Shown piece by piece: positions 1-10,137 of a stretch of DNA of 64,000 nucleotides (positions within the stretch are counted from its first letter, which is position 1; each line of letters starts with the position of its first letter). Position numbers and translations under genes: made by a program. Below the pieces are notes generated by a model. That model did not search any database. It saw only the letters and a list, made by a program, of their open reading frames with translations, and was not told the DNA's origin. Origin of the DNA: Candidatus Sumerlaeaceae bacterium (lineage in GTDB: Bacteria > Sumerlaeota > Sumerlaeia > Sumerlaeales > Sumerlaeaceae); NCBI GenBank assembly GCA_051003195.1, contig JBPCLP010000008.1:1-64000 (forward strand), in the 5' to 3' direction.

Positions 1-682
1 TGTTTCAAAAGACAATGCAATGACGTGGTCAGAACCGAGGCTTGTAAATGGAACGGCGGGTACAAGCGCCGGACAGGTAAATACATTTCCCTCAGTAGCG
101 TATAGCAATGGAGCATGGCTTGCCAGCTGGCAGGTTGAGAATGGCCAGGAAAATCAACCGCTGTATATTGCCCGCTCGACCAATGACGGTGCGGCCTGGT
201 CAACTGGTCTTCGTCCTGATGGAACGCCGGGTTCAGTAACGACTGGCGTTTTTTCGGACTTGGATTCAAATAACTCCGGGATGGTGGTACTTGCGTATCA
301 TCGGCTTGTTCCTTCCTTCTTTGGCCAATCGTACATTGATTTCGTGAAGTCTTTTGACAACGGAATGACGTGGTCCTATGGTAGTTGGCAGTTCCCTTCG
401 GATACCCGGCCCTTTTTAGTTTCTACCGGACCCGATTGGTACCTTGGCCGATCGTATTTATCGACATCGTCGGTTGCTATGAGCGACGATTCCCTGATGT
501 CTTGGGCTTACAAAGGCCTGCAGTCAGGCACCACGCCGGCACTTTGCTTTAACAGTCAAAACGCTCCCATTGCCGTTTGGCTTGAGCCGACTACTTCAAA
601 TTCTGGCGGCACCACAAGTACTCTTTATGTGGCGCGGCAATTACCGGCCCGCGCTGATGCGACTTGGTTGTCAATAGACTGA
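1..682 (+). CDS. BNR/Asp-box repeat (sialidase-like beta-propeller) protein, 3' part; 5' end outside the window
   Basis: Frame is open from base 2. Asp-box motifs STNDGAAWS and SFDNGMTWS; ends ADATWLSID*. Confidence 0.75.
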   Translation, partial: VSKDNAMTWSEPRLVNGTAGTSAGQVNTFPSVAYSNGAWLASWQVENGQENQPLYIARSTNDGAAWSTGLRPDGTPGSVTTGVFSDLDSNNSGMVVLAYHRLVPSFFGQSYIDFVKSFDNGMTWSYGSWQFPSDTRPFLVSTGPDWYLGRSYLSTSSVAMSDDSLMSWAYKGLQSGTTPALCFNSQNAPIAVWLEPTTSNSGGTTSTLYVARQLPARADATWLSID

Positions 683-842
683 CAGCAAAGTTGGGGAAAT
701 TGGAGACGGAAAATTGGGGCCGTGTAATTTTGCTTTTCGGCGCACTACACGTCCCTCTTTTTCCATAATAGGCTCGTAGACATGCTGCTCGAATTTCCAC
801 CAACTTATTTGGAATGACAGGAAATTGTTTCTTTGGCATATT

Positions 843-1136
843 TTATTTCCGCGTATCCCGAATTTCCCTGTTTTCATCCTCGCGTAACGGGTTGAAACAG
901 TGGACCGCAAGCCCCGCAACAGCTCCAAGCAGCCAGATTAACCCGAGTATCCGCAAGCCCCCTCCCTCAGTAAGCATTCGGAAGAAGGAAAGCCCATATT
1001 CCTCATACGACGCGTCCATCAGGTATGGAAGCGTCAACATTGTGATGGGAACAATCAGGAACATCCCGGCCGACCAAGCGACAAGCTGAACAGCATACTT
1101 CTTCGCTCGTCGTTTCGTGAGATGTCCGATATACAT
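843..1136 (-). CDS. Small hypothetical membrane protein
   Basis: 97-aa ORF with two hydrophobic segments. Confidence 0.5.
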   Translation of the reverse strand: MYIGHLTKRRAKKYAVQLVAWSAGMFLIVPITMLTLPYLMDASYEEYGLSFFRMLTEGGGLRILGLIWLLGAVAGLAVHCFNPLREDENREIRDTRK

Positions 1137-1422
1137 CCATTCGCTCCAGACCCAGGCCGTTTTGAGGGGACGGGTTATGCATTGATTCCAGCTGCATGCA
1201 TCATGTCACTGGAATCAATGCAACACCTTGTCAGAGCTTCTCGCCAACCGCGGTCGCGCTCTTCGACTCAGTCCGTTCGAATTTTGACAACCGGGAATGA
1301 AATGTTACCCGTCCCGAATGTCCGAATGTCGTCCCGAATGTCCCGTCCATAGCGGGCAGTGCCGGAAACGCAATCGACCTGTGCAACGTGAGCTTCTAAA
1401 GTGGTAGTAAGCTGGTCGGATA

Positions 1423-2238
1423 CTACTTCGTGTGCTCGCGCAGGAACTGGATGGTGGCGGGCCAGGCGTCTTCGGCAGCCTTGAGGTTGGCTCCCTCCTG
1501 CTGGCGCAGAAAACCATGGCTGGCGCCTTCGTAGACTTTCACGATGTACGGCTTCTTCAGCTCGTCCATCTTCTGGCGCGCGGTTGGTATGGTCGAATTG
1601 ACGCGGTTGTCGGTGCCGCCGTACATACCGAGGACGACCGCCTGGATGCGCTCGTACCCCTCGCCCGGGCTGGTGCCGTAGTACACGACCGCGGCGTCGA
1701 GATCGGGCTGCAGGGTGGCATAGCGGAAACTGGTGGTGCCGCCCCAGCAGAAGCCCATGGTAGCGAATTTTCCGGACGCAGCCGGAAGCTTGAGGCCGTG
1801 CTCGCGCACGGCGTTGATAGCCGAAGTTACAAAGTCGTTGTCGAGGGCACGCACGGCTTTCGTGACGGAGTCGGGGGTGAAACTTTCGGTTCCGCCGCCC
1901 TGCGGGCCGCAGCCACTTAGCAGGTCGGGCGCCATGGCGATGAAGCCGTCGGCGGCCAGTTGGTCGGCCACGGCACGCATCCAGTCGCTGAGTCCGAAGA
2001 TCTCGTGCAGGACGATGACGACGGGCGCCTTGTCCTTGTTTTCGGGGTAGACGACCCAGGTGCGGAGTGTGGTCGTGGTCCCTGCGACGGGGATGAGGGC
2101 ATATTCGCCTTTGCGGGGCGAAGCGTCAAGGCGCGCCTTGGCCTGGTCCGCGCCGGGCGCCATCTGAAGAGTGGTGGTGGCCGATGCGAGCGTCGCGCAA
2201 AGGCATAGGAAAAGAAGGAGGATCGTAGTTTTCATCAT
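1423..2238 (-). CDS. Dienelactone hydrolase family protein with signal peptide
   Basis: Motifs VLHEIFGL, GFCWGG (nucleophile) and GASHGF. Likely start MMKTTILLL; the track ORF extension is antisense to the next gene. Confidence 0.9.
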   Translation of the reverse strand: MMKTTILLLFLCLCATLASATTTLQMAPGADQAKARLDASPRKGEYALIPVAGTTTTLRTWVVYPENKDKAPVVIVLHEIFGLSDWMRAVADQLAADGFIAMAPDLLSGCGPQGGGTESFTPDSVTKAVRALDNDFVTSAINAVREHGLKLPAASGKFATMGFCWGGTTSFRYATLQPDLDAAVVYYGTSPGEGYERIQAVVLGMYGGTDNRVNSTIPTARQKMDELKKPYIVKVYEGASHGFLRQQEGANLKAAEDAWPATIQFLREHTK

Positions 2239-2326
2239 GCCCGCGCGCGGTGCAAGAATGATGCCTTCATCTCGGCGTTGCAGCGGAGCGCGAAAGATTT
2301 CCCTGAATGTATTCGCGCCCGACAAG

Positions 2327-2345
2327 TACTTTGCATTCCAAAGTA
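2327..2345. promoter_or_regulatory. 7-5-7 palindrome, putative operator
   Basis: TACTTTG-cattc-CAAAGTA between divergent genes, ~45 bp upstream of the ATG at 2390. Confidence 0.55.
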
Positions 2346-2389
2346 ACATCGACCCTGGCTGGTCCAGGAAAACAGAAAGGCTTTTCTTC

Positions 2390-2935
2390 ATGCAAAACAA
2401 GGCGGTCTTCGTGCAGAACAAAAGGTTAATCGGTATTATGTTCGCAGCAACGTGTCTGTTGCTCGTACCGGCTGTGGCGATGCAGATTACCAGCGAGGTA
2501 GCGTGGGGTGCGGGTGATTTTGTGGTCGCGGGTGCCCTTCTGTTTGGCACAGGTCTCCTGTTTGAATTGGCAGCCAGAAGGGAAGGCAATGTTGCGTACC
2601 GGGCGGCTGTCGGTGTTGCGCTGGCCACAGCGCTCCTGCTCGTCTGGGCGAACCTCGCAGTGGGTATCATCGGAAGCGAAGATAACCGCGCCAACCTGAT
2701 GGTCGTGGGGGTGCTCGCGGTCGGGCTGATCGGCGCCTGCGTGGCACGTTTGCAACCGCGTGGAATGGCTGGCGTGATGTTCGCGACGGCCGGTGCGCAG
2801 ATGCTCGTCGGTGTTATCGCGCTCGTGGCCGGCCTGGGCATCAAGCAGTTGATTCTCAATGAAGTGTTCGCTTTGCTGTGGGTCGGATCCGGTTTGCTGT
2901 TCAGGCGGGCGAGCGAGCCAGTGTACAAGGGTTGA
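2390..2935 (+). CDS. Conserved hypothetical multi-pass membrane protein
   Basis: About 6 hydrophobic segments; motifs AMQITSEVAW..GDF and WANLAVGIIGSEDN. Confidence 0.8.
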   Translation: MQNKAVFVQNKRLIGIMFAATCLLLVPAVAMQITSEVAWGAGDFVVAGALLFGTGLLFELAARREGNVAYRAAVGVALATALLLVWANLAVGIIGSEDNRANLMVVGVLAVGLIGACVARLQPRGMAGVMFATAGAQMLVGVIALVAGLGIKQLILNEVFALLWVGSGLLFRRASEPVYKG

Positions 2936-2966
2936 GTGCTCATGGAATTCAATGCAGATCCTTGGG

Positions 2967-3317
2967 CTACTGCCGCAAAATTTTTTCCATCGCTTTCCCT
3001 TTTGCCAGCTCGTCGATCAGTTTATCGAGGTAGCGGATTTCACGCATGAGTGGCTCTTCGATATTTTCGACCCGGATACCGCAAACGACGCCTTTAATCA
3101 ACGTCCGCGAAGGATTCAGCCGGGGAGCTTTCGTGAAGAACGTCTCAAAGTCTGTCTTTCTCGACAACTGCGCCTGTAGTCCTTTGGCAGTATATCCTGT
3201 CAGCCAGCTGATGATCTCGTCCACCTCGGCTTTCGTGCGTCCTTTTTTCTCTGCCTTGTTAATATAAAGTGGATAGACGCTTGCGAAGCTCATTGCATAA
3301 ATTCGATTTTTGTCCAT
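2967..3317 (-). CDS. DUF2200 family protein
   Basis: Motifs [29 protein letters not shown] and [14 protein letters not shown]. Confidence 0.9.
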   Translation of the reverse strand: MDKNRIYAMSFASVYPLYINKAEKKGRTKAEVDEIISWLTGYTAKGLQAQLSRKTDFETFFTKAPRLNPSRTLIKGVVCGIRVENIEEPLMREIRYLDKLIDELAKGKAMEKILRQ

Positions 3318-3466
3318 GAAACTTTTTGGCTTTTTGGTTTCAGGGTTTCCAGTATAAAAGGCAGCTGAATTCGGTGTCGCGGCGGAGTGCGACTCGAAGC
3401 CCATTGACTGCGAGCGCGCGGGTTGCTGTGCGTCGGGCGAGCCTATCACGACGGAGGTGTGATCCA

Positions 3467-3949
3467 GTGAAACCTGCAAAGAACACGATTTGCGTTTGGT
3501 ACGACCGCGAATCTGAGGAAGCGGCGCGTTTTTACGCCAGTATTTTTCCGGACTCGTCTGTTGGTGAGGTCATGCGCGCGCCCGGAGATTATCCGTCGGG
3601 AAATGAAGGGGATGTTTTGACGGTCTTGTTTACCGTGATGGGCATTCCATGCCTCGGGCTGAACGGCGGACCTGAGTTTAAGCACAGCGAAGCGTTCTCG
3701 TTCCAGGTGGCAACAGACGACCAGGCCGAAACAGATCGCTACTGGAACGCGATTGTCGGCAACGGCGGCGAAGAGAGCGCGTGTGGCTGGTGCAAGGACA
3801 AGTGGGGCGTGAACTGGCAGATTACGCCGGTCGCACTGACGCAGGCGATCTCGGATCCCGATCGCGCGGCTGCCAGGCGCGCCTTTGACGCAATGATGAA
3901 GATGAAGAAGATCGACGTGGCCACCATCGAAGCAGCGTGGAAAGGTTAA
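3467..3949 (+). CDS. VOC family protein (PhnB / 3-demethylubiquinone methyltransferase-like)
   Basis: GGAGG RBS and GTG start; motifs [14 protein letters not shown] and [14 protein letters not shown]. Confidence 0.9.
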   Translation: MKPAKNTICVWYDRESEEAARFYASIFPDSSVGEVMRAPGDYPSGNEGDVLTVLFTVMGIPCLGLNGGPEFKHSEAFSFQVATDDQAETDRYWNAIVGNGGEESACGWCKDKWGVNWQITPVALTQAISDPDRAAARRAFDAMMKMKKIDVATIEAAWKG

Positions 3950-4041
3950 GAACTTTTGAGGAGCACCTTTACAAAGGTGTCCCGTCAAACGTACCCGAAT
4001 TCCGTTGGACATTCACCCACGGTCTCCGCGATACATCCAAT

Positions 4042-4521
4042 ATGACGTCCAATCGTGACCCACGCAAAGCGCCAACATGGCTGGTGGTTGTTGTAGGGAT
4101 GCTGGTGCTTGGCTTCCTGGCACTGCTGTGTGCCGGTGGCCTGTGGCCGATCGCAGCCGGACTGGTCATCCTGTTGGCGTTGCTGCGCTATATTATCCCC
4201 GGCGCGCAGTTGGTTGGCCTAGCGTTGATTTTCGGTCCGTTACTGCTCCTCGGATGGCTGTTTTCGCGGATTCTGCCGGAGCGAGTGGTCAGGTTTTTTG
4301 CGGATGCTTCCTATCCGCCCGTGATGCTAGTGCCAGTTGTGCTGGGCATGTATGGTATCGCTTACCTCGTTTACCGGGATGTTGGTGCGCTTGTGGTCGC
4401 CACGGCAGGTGTGCTGGTCATTTTCGGAGGACCTGCACTTGCGGTATGGACCTTCGTCAAAGCAAGAGACGCAATGACTTGGGCGTGGCGACATTTAAAA
4501 TCGGGCCCGGCCAATCGTTAA
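4042..4521 (+). CDS. Hypothetical membrane protein
   Basis: Strongly hydrophobic 159-aa ORF. Confidence 0.65.
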   Translation: MTSNRDPRKAPTWLVVVVGMLVLGFLALLCAGGLWPIAAGLVILLALLRYIIPGAQLVGLALIFGPLLLLGWLFSRILPERVVRFFADASYPPVMLVPVVLGMYGIAYLVYRDVGALVVATAGVLVIFGGPALAVWTFVKARDAMTWAWRHLKSGPANR

Positions 4522-4879
4522 TAGCACTCTCACTCTGAGGCCACCGCTGACGATACCAACGAAGCTGGCGGACCAGGAGTGAAGATCTGGGGTCAGCTCC
4601 CGATCAGATTCTTTTCATGACCGCGGCTGCCCCCGCCACGCGCGGATTGTTACCCATGTCCATAGACCATCCGTTACCTATGTCTCCGGTTCGTACACTG
4701 TAGCCGAAACCCCTGCACTTTAAGGTGCTCTACGGGTCTGTAAGAGGTCATGCGGGAATACCATTGTCCAAAAGCCTGTACTACACAGGTCCTCATAAGG
4801 ATAAAACAAACGCAGTTTCCCGACCCCGAACGCAGCCCGAGCGACGCCGCACTCGTCCCAGACGACTCCGATTCAGATT

Positions 4880-4922
4880 TCGCAATCCGCACTCGAAAAG
4901 TACTCCGAAATCCGCACTCGGA
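4880..4922 (-). repeat. GA(A/G)TGCGGATT 7-mer module, copy 1 (reverse orientation)
   Basis: Reverse complement TCCGAGTGCGGATTTCGGAGTACTTTTCGAGTGCGGATTGCGA matches the copies at 15581 and 21229. Confidence 0.8.
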
Positions 4923-5055
4923 CAACAGGAGTGAAACCTTACAAAAACATTACCGCTATTCAAGTGGCGAAATTACCAACTTGAACTTGAAAGCACAAAG
5001 GAGCCATTTTGATGACCCTGACAACGCAACCCGCCGTGCCTTACTCCGTCCGGTC

Positions 5056-5086
5056 TTTGGAGTGCGCGCGGCTTGCCGCCGCTTTG
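5056..5086 (+). repeat. REP-like sequence GGAGTGCGCGCGGCTTGCCGCCGCTTT
   Basis: Short imperfect GC hairpin with GGAG foot, in intergenic DNA; single copy in the window. Confidence 0.4.
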
Positions 5087-5358
5087 TTGCTGGACGCAAA
5101 AAGTTCAGCCACGCATCCGACAAAAAAACAATAGAAGAACTGGAGGCAACACGATCTGAACATTACGGAAATCAAAGGGCGAAATTACCCCATCCGCCTG
5201 TTTGATTTAAATCGAGAACTGCCAATGAGCGACGCCAATGTTTTGATTAGCATTGATTAATTTTGATTAAGGAGGTTCGCCCACCGTTTCAAAATCGTGC
5301 AACGAATGGACTCGATTTCTGGGGGCAGATGCGGAACTGTTGCGAAACCTAGCAAATT

Positions 5359-5664
5359 CGCAGGGGATGCGTAAAAGGAATGCCCGGGTTGCGCGGTGCG
5401 GCACGCGGTGTCGCACTCCCAGTGTGCCGTCCCAGAAGTTCATAGCTATACTTTAGGAAGCTTTCGAGCTCGGACGGCACACAAAACCAGTGGACGAATT
5501 AATGAGACACCATCCCAGGAACGGCGTACGTTTTTTGTTCGCGTGCGTGGTCGTTTGGCCGGAGTTGGATGGATCAGACGCGTGGTGCGATCTTGGCGCG
5601 ATGGTGGAAATCGTTAACCCGAGAAAACGGAGGAGAAGTTCCGGGGCAGCTGTGGAACTGTTTC
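5359..5664 (+). repeat. ~208-bp dispersed repeat, copy 1 (interrupted by the 100-bp element)
   Basis: Near-identical to 9155-9362 apart from the insertion at 5419-5518. Confidence 0.92.
5419..5518 (+). mobile_element. ~100-bp CYAG-bounded MITE-like element, copy 1 (filled site)
   Basis: CCAG-tgtgccgtcc...ggacggcacac...CCAG; absent from the paralogous site at 9214-9217. Confidence 0.85.
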
Positions 5665-5696
5665 CTTTGGATATTGAGACGAAGCCCAGCCGCCTC

Positions 5697-7709
5697 TTAT
5701 CGCGCTTCTTCTCCTGCCTCCGTGACAGATGGCGCTGAGTACCAGTAGGCGGTGGAAGAATACCATCCCGCGCGTTCATTGGCATGGCCGTGTTCAATGT
5801 CAAATTGCAGCGAGGACGAGAAGGGTACCTGATCTCCTATCAGCAGCCGGTAACAGCCGGTCGCGTCGCCGCTCGTACCATGGGCTTTGTGCTCATGCGC
5901 CGGGTTACCGTTTGTTGGGAGCGTGAATGTGCCGCGATTGAAATAATAAGCGCCTTCATACAGATCCTCCGTACCGGTGCCGTGCATTGTTGGGGTGGTA
6001 ACGTCATCGACAAAGATCCGCTCATCGCCTTCGAGGTAACCGCGGTCCTGTTCGCTGAGCATGGTATGCGTAACCCCAACCAATTTGCCAGGTCCTTGCC
6101 TGGTCACCAGTAATGGCCAATGCTTGTCGGAGTCTGTCTGGCCGCCCAGGCTGGTTGTTCGGAAATGAGCAGCGGACCTCCAGCGCTCGTCGCGGGCGGA
6201 GGTGACTTGTACTTCGGCTGCTGAAATTTCCGTCCCGGAGTCATTGATTAATTGGATAATAGCAGTACGTCCGTACGGCATTGGCCACCAGCATGAGTAC
6301 CAGCCGTCTGGAGATGTGTCCATTCCGAACATCAGAGCACGGACAGGATACTCGCCCAGTCGTGAGCCGAAAAACTCTCCCAGTGGTGAGTCCACCGTAT
6401 GTTGATCGTCAAAGGTCATGCGCAGCCTGGTGGCGCTGAGAATGTCGTCTGATGCGTGCCGGAGGAAGGGGTCCATAACTGAAATTTCTCTGCGAGTCTG
6501 TTCCCCCTGCCAGGTCTCGCCGCTGATTCTGTATTGGTGAGCTTCTTCACTTTTAGATGAGTTGGGGCCTATGTCGACCGTGTCGCTATGGTTCCAGGTG
6601 TTATCAACCCGGCACTCAAAGCGATAAGAGCACTCGTTGAAGTCGCGGCTGGAGGCAACGAATTCGTTACGTACTTTGATGGATGTTTTATCTTTTGTGA
6701 CCGACGTGGGAAGATCGAGTGCCTGCTCGCGCCACTCCACATCATGAGATGAAGCCAGGGATTCCCAGCTTGCCGCCAATTCCCCGTCGATCAGCACACG
6801 AGCGTGCTGGGATGCGACGCTGTCATCAAATCGCCGGATGATGCGGACTCCGGTGTGCGCAGGATCAATGCCTGCAGTGAATTCACTGAATCCTCCGCTG
6901 CCGAATGCCCGGCCATCGTCCGCAACAGGCTTGCCTGGCGGTACACCCTGTATCTGAGGAATGCGCACGCGGAGGGCTGAAATGACAGCGGGGCCTTTGT
7001 GTTCAAAGACAGTGGCTGTGTTGCCCGCTGCCAGGCTGTAAGTTGTGCTGTGTGTGGAGGCTCCTGACATGGGCTGTTTGGGATCCCGGGTGCCAGACAT
7101 CTTCCACTGTTCAATAACATCCAGCGCGGGCTCTGCCGGATCAAACGTAGTTACTCCCTCTGCATCGGAAAAGCTACGGTAGGACACATGGTAAAAATAG
7201 GGATTATTCTGCACCGTGACCTGCATGCGCTCGCGATAAGGCATGGGTACTTTGATGTAGACGCCCCCGGAACTCCTGGTCGCATCAGCGACAAACGGAA
7301 AGACAAATGGTGGTCCAGCCTCGCCTTGCACCACCTTGTGAAGGGGTGCATGTAACACGGTTTCTCCATCAAGTTTGATTATAATATCTCCGGTTTTGCT
7401 GACATCACCTCCATCACGCGTGAACCAGATGGATTGTATTTCGCCAGCTCCTGTGGCTTCCGCGATCACACAGCCTTCAGATGTGTTTTTAACGCAGGAG
7501 TAGGTGCCTTCAAAGCCATCATTGTTGCCGCCTGTGCGATCGTAGCTCGAAAACTGAAGCGTTTGAACGCCGCTTGTCAGCTCCGGAAGGCGATCAAGTT
7601 CACGATAAACCTGCCACCCGATTGGTCCTTTGCCAACTGGAGCTGCAACTGGACTCATTGTGCTGAAGACAAGCACAGCGCCCAGGAAAGGTTGTCTGAT
7701 AAGCTTCAC
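5697..7709 (-). CDS. DUF2961 (GH172-like) glycoside hydrolase, secreted
   Basis: Motifs SSYDRTGGNNDG, GEIQSIWFT, LEGDERIFVD and HGTGTEDLY; GGAG RBS and GTG start; signal-like N-terminus. Confidence 0.85.
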   Translation of the reverse strand: MKLIRQPFLGAVLVFSTMSPVAAPVGKGPIGWQVYRELDRLPELTSGVQTLQFSSYDRTGGNNDGFEGTYSCVKNTSEGCVIAEATGAGEIQSIWFTRDGGDVSKTGDIIIKLDGETVLHAPLHKVVQGEAGPPFVFPFVADATRSSGGVYIKVPMPYRERMQVTVQNNPYFYHVSYRSFSDAEGVTTFDPAEPALDVIEQWKMSGTRDPKQPMSGASTHSTTYSLAAGNTATVFEHKGPAVISALRVRIPQIQGVPPGKPVADDGRAFGSGGFSEFTAGIDPAHTGVRIIRRFDDSVASQHARVLIDGELAASWESLASSHDVEWREQALDLPTSVTKDKTSIKVRNEFVASSRDFNECSYRFECRVDNTWNHSDTVDIGPNSSKSEEAHQYRISGETWQGEQTRREISVMDPFLRHASDDILSATRLRMTFDDQHTVDSPLGEFFGSRLGEYPVRALMFGMDTSPDGWYSCWWPMPYGRTAIIQLINDSGTEISAAEVQVTSARDERWRSAAHFRTTSLGGQTDSDKHWPLLVTRQGPGKLVGVTHTMLSEQDRGYLEGDERIFVDDVTTPTMHGTGTEDLYEGAYYFNRGTFTLPTNGNPAHEHKAHGTSGDATGCYRLLIGDQVPFSSSLQFDIEHGHANERAGWYSSTAYWYSAPSVTEAGEEAR

Positions 7710-7836
7710 TAATTTCTCCGTACGATTTAGGATTGTAAGTAATCTGGAGCAGCGGATAAGATGCACTCCAAGAGAGTTTTTTATGAGATCGGGAACTGTC
7801 CACAGAACTCTAATTCGATTCTATGAAGGAGCGGTC

Positions 7837-8283
7837 ATGAACGGTGCGCCGGAGTACATCGAGATCGAACATGATGATTACGTGGCGAAGTACGTCGGGC
7901 GAACTCCGGATGGCAGGCAGTTTTTTCTGACGGAGCCGTTTGTGCCGGCCACTAGCGCCGAACAAGGTCGCGAGTTTCTTGCGCTGTATCTTTTCGACCA
8001 GAGCGGGAAACTGCTAAATGCGGAAATCCGGGATCTCGGAACGCGTGGGAATGTGGCGGATTCAGGATGCCAGGAGACCCGCGATGGTCTGCTAACGTCG
8101 CTTGGTACGACGGAATTCGCGCGCATCCGTGTGAAACCGTTCGAGGTTGAGCGGTTCGGAGTTTCGTTCGGATTGATCCCGCGCGAGCCCGAAGATGAGG
8201 ACGACGAGTGGGCCGTCGAAGCGCAACCGGGCAACTACATGGCGTTTTTTGAACCGTTCGATAGTGGTGAGTATGATACGTGA
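7837..8283 (+). CDS. Conserved hypothetical acidic protein
   Basis: AAGGAG RBS; 148-aa ORF ending PGNYMAFFEPFDSGEYDT. Confidence 0.75.
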   Translation: MNGAPEYIEIEHDDYVAKYVGRTPDGRQFFLTEPFVPATSAEQGREFLALYLFDQSGKLLNAEIRDLGTRGNVADSGCQETRDGLLTSLGTTEFARIRVKPFEVERFGVSFGLIPREPEDEDDEWAVEAQPGNYMAFFEPFDSGEYDT

Positions 8284-8414
8284 GGGGTGAAGGTCGGCCC
8301 AGTCCCGCCGGAATTTAAGTACCGAAATAAATTCGCTAACGGAGCAAACGTCCCCAGATTTCCTGCGAGAATTAGGGATAGACTAGTATCATTAGCCGGC
8401 TTCGTTGTGCGCAC

Positions 8415-9038
8415 ATGAGCATGATCATGGAATTGCGCACGCTTAGTGACGCAAACATCGAAAAGCTGCTACAGGAGCCGCGGCGCATCTGGCAGGTTCT
8501 GGAGGCGCAGGATCCAGACGCCGCGCCCCCGCTACCACCGATGAAAGTGAAGCAGCCAAATTTGCTGCAGCGACTGCTAGGGATGAAGATCGCAACAACA
8601 CCAGTCTCCACACCGCCACGCGATACTCCCGGCGACCTGGTGTTTGCCGACAACGAACTTCGCACGCTGGACATGGCCAAGACCTGGCATGGCATTCACT
8701 TCCTGCTGACAGGCACGTCCTGGGAGGGCGAGCCGCCGATGAACTTTCTGCTGGGTGGACGCGAGGTGGGGGACATCGACGTGGGTTACGGTCCTGCGCG
8801 TGCACTTACGGCCGCCGAAGTGGCGGCGTTTTCCTCGGCGCTGCAGTCGATAAGTGATGAGGAGCTTAAGTCGCGCTTTGTTCCAGCGCAGATGGAGGAG
8901 GTTTATCCCACGATCTGGGACCGCGATCCCGCCGATGACGATGCGCTTGGGTGGCTGATGGAGTTTATGCCGGATTTGCGGAAGTTTGTAGCCGACGCTG
9001 GGGCCGAAGGTCTGGGCGTGGTAGCGACGCTGTCTTAG
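8415..9038 (+). CDS. YfbM / DUF1877 family protein
   Basis: Motifs LDMAKTWHGIHFLLTG, DVGYGPARAL and YPTIWD. Confidence 0.88.
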   Translation: MSMIMELRTLSDANIEKLLQEPRRIWQVLEAQDPDAAPPLPPMKVKQPNLLQRLLGMKIATTPVSTPPRDTPGDLVFADNELRTLDMAKTWHGIHFLLTGTSWEGEPPMNFLLGGREVGDIDVGYGPARALTAAEVAAFSSALQSISDEELKSRFVPAQMEEVYPTIWDRDPADDDALGWLMEFMPDLRKFVADAGAEGLGVVATLS

Positions 9039-9154
9039 TCATACTTGGACGTTACGTCCGGATTTGAAGGATCTTGCTGCCGAGCTGGCGAACCTTGCGG
9101 AGCTATTCCCTAACCCACTGATCTCAGCCGAACCAGCGAAACGGGGTCCAAACC

Positions 9155-9362
9155 CGCAGGGATGCGTAAAAGGAATGCCCGGGTTGTGTGGTGCGGCACG
9201 CGGTGTCGCACTCCCAGCGCGGCGTACGTTTTTTTGTTCGCGTGCGTGGTCGTTTGGCCGGAGTTGGATGAATCAGACGCGTGGTGCGTTCTGGCGCGAT
9301 GGTGGAAATCATTAACCCGAGATAACGGAGGAGAAGTTCCGGGGCAGGTGCGGAACTGTTTC
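9155..9362 (+). repeat. ~208-bp dispersed repeat, copy 2 (empty site)
   Basis: Matches 5359-5664; flanked by the 14-bp direct repeat CGAAACGGGGTCCA at 9137-9150 and 9362-9375. Confidence 0.92.
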
Positions 9363-9474
9363 GAAACGGGGTCCATGTGAAGTTCCTTGGAACCCCGCAA
9401 TTCGACTGTCTACGTTTTCGACGGAAGCTCAATTAGTTCGCAATTGCAGTGTGTCGTGTCGATGCGCCGGTGAG

Positions 9475-9966
9475 CTATGGCTCCCCGGTGACTACGTGGA
9501 CAATGGTCCCGCTGGAGTCGAGCGTCAGATAAGTCGTGTGAGCATAAAAACGCTGTTCCACGTTTTGCGCCAGCCAGTTTGTCATTCCTTTGACGTGCTT
9601 AAATCGATAGGCATCGGCGATGTAACGTTGCGATTCTTCCGGCTTAAGCGGGCCGACCTGGTAGCAGCGATCTGGCCGGGTATGTAGTATGCCGTAAGTT
9701 AATCCCAACTTTTGTATGCGTGGCTCAATGGCGGAAAAAGCTGCACCTGTGTGCGCGATTGCCCGAACCTCGCGCGCACGCTCGGACATCGACAGCAATG
9801 GCATGTACCGAATCGCGAGGAATACTGCCGGAATAAGGAAAACTGATCCGATAATCAGCCATGCAATAGGCCAGGGGCGGATTGCTGTATTGTGTGAGCG
9901 GCGGGCGTGTTCACGCTCGGAAGTTGATGGCGGAAGCGGATCAGACATCGGTTGCTGCTCGATCAT
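9475..9966 (-). CDS. Hypothetical single-pass membrane protein
   Basis: One TM segment (WPIAWLIIGSVFLIPAVFLAI) followed by a soluble domain. Confidence 0.6.
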   Translation of the reverse strand: MIEQQPMSDPLPPSTSEREHARRSHNTAIRPWPIAWLIIGSVFLIPAVFLAIRYMPLLSMSERAREVRAIAHTGAAFSAIEPRIQKLGLTYGILHTRPDRCYQVGPLKPEESQRYIADAYRFKHVKGMTNWLAQNVEQRFYAHTTYLTLDSSGTIVHVVTGEP

Positions 9967-10137
9967 AAGCAGGTTGTGCTATCAAGTGTTACCACTGGGC
10001 GCAAGCGATCGGATAAAACATGACCGGCAGCCGAAAGTAATTGTTAACCTGTCCCGCAAAAACCTATCTTATTACAGGCTCCGGCAGGCAGGTCAACGAA
10101 TGATAGCAGTTACCTGCGCGAAGGAAGTGTAGTAAAG

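Noticed and set aside
1309..1348. CCGAATGTC short repeats
   Set aside because: Three short degenerate units with no second locus in the window; too little to interpret.
1423..2952. 509-aa fused dienelactone hydrolase ORF
   Set aside because: The N-terminal extension is antisense to the membrane protein gene at 2390-2935; a signal peptide begins at 2238.
4750..5205. 151-aa ORF in the intergenic region
   Set aside because: It runs through the heptamer module and REP-like repeat, has no RBS and no family motifs; probably spurious.
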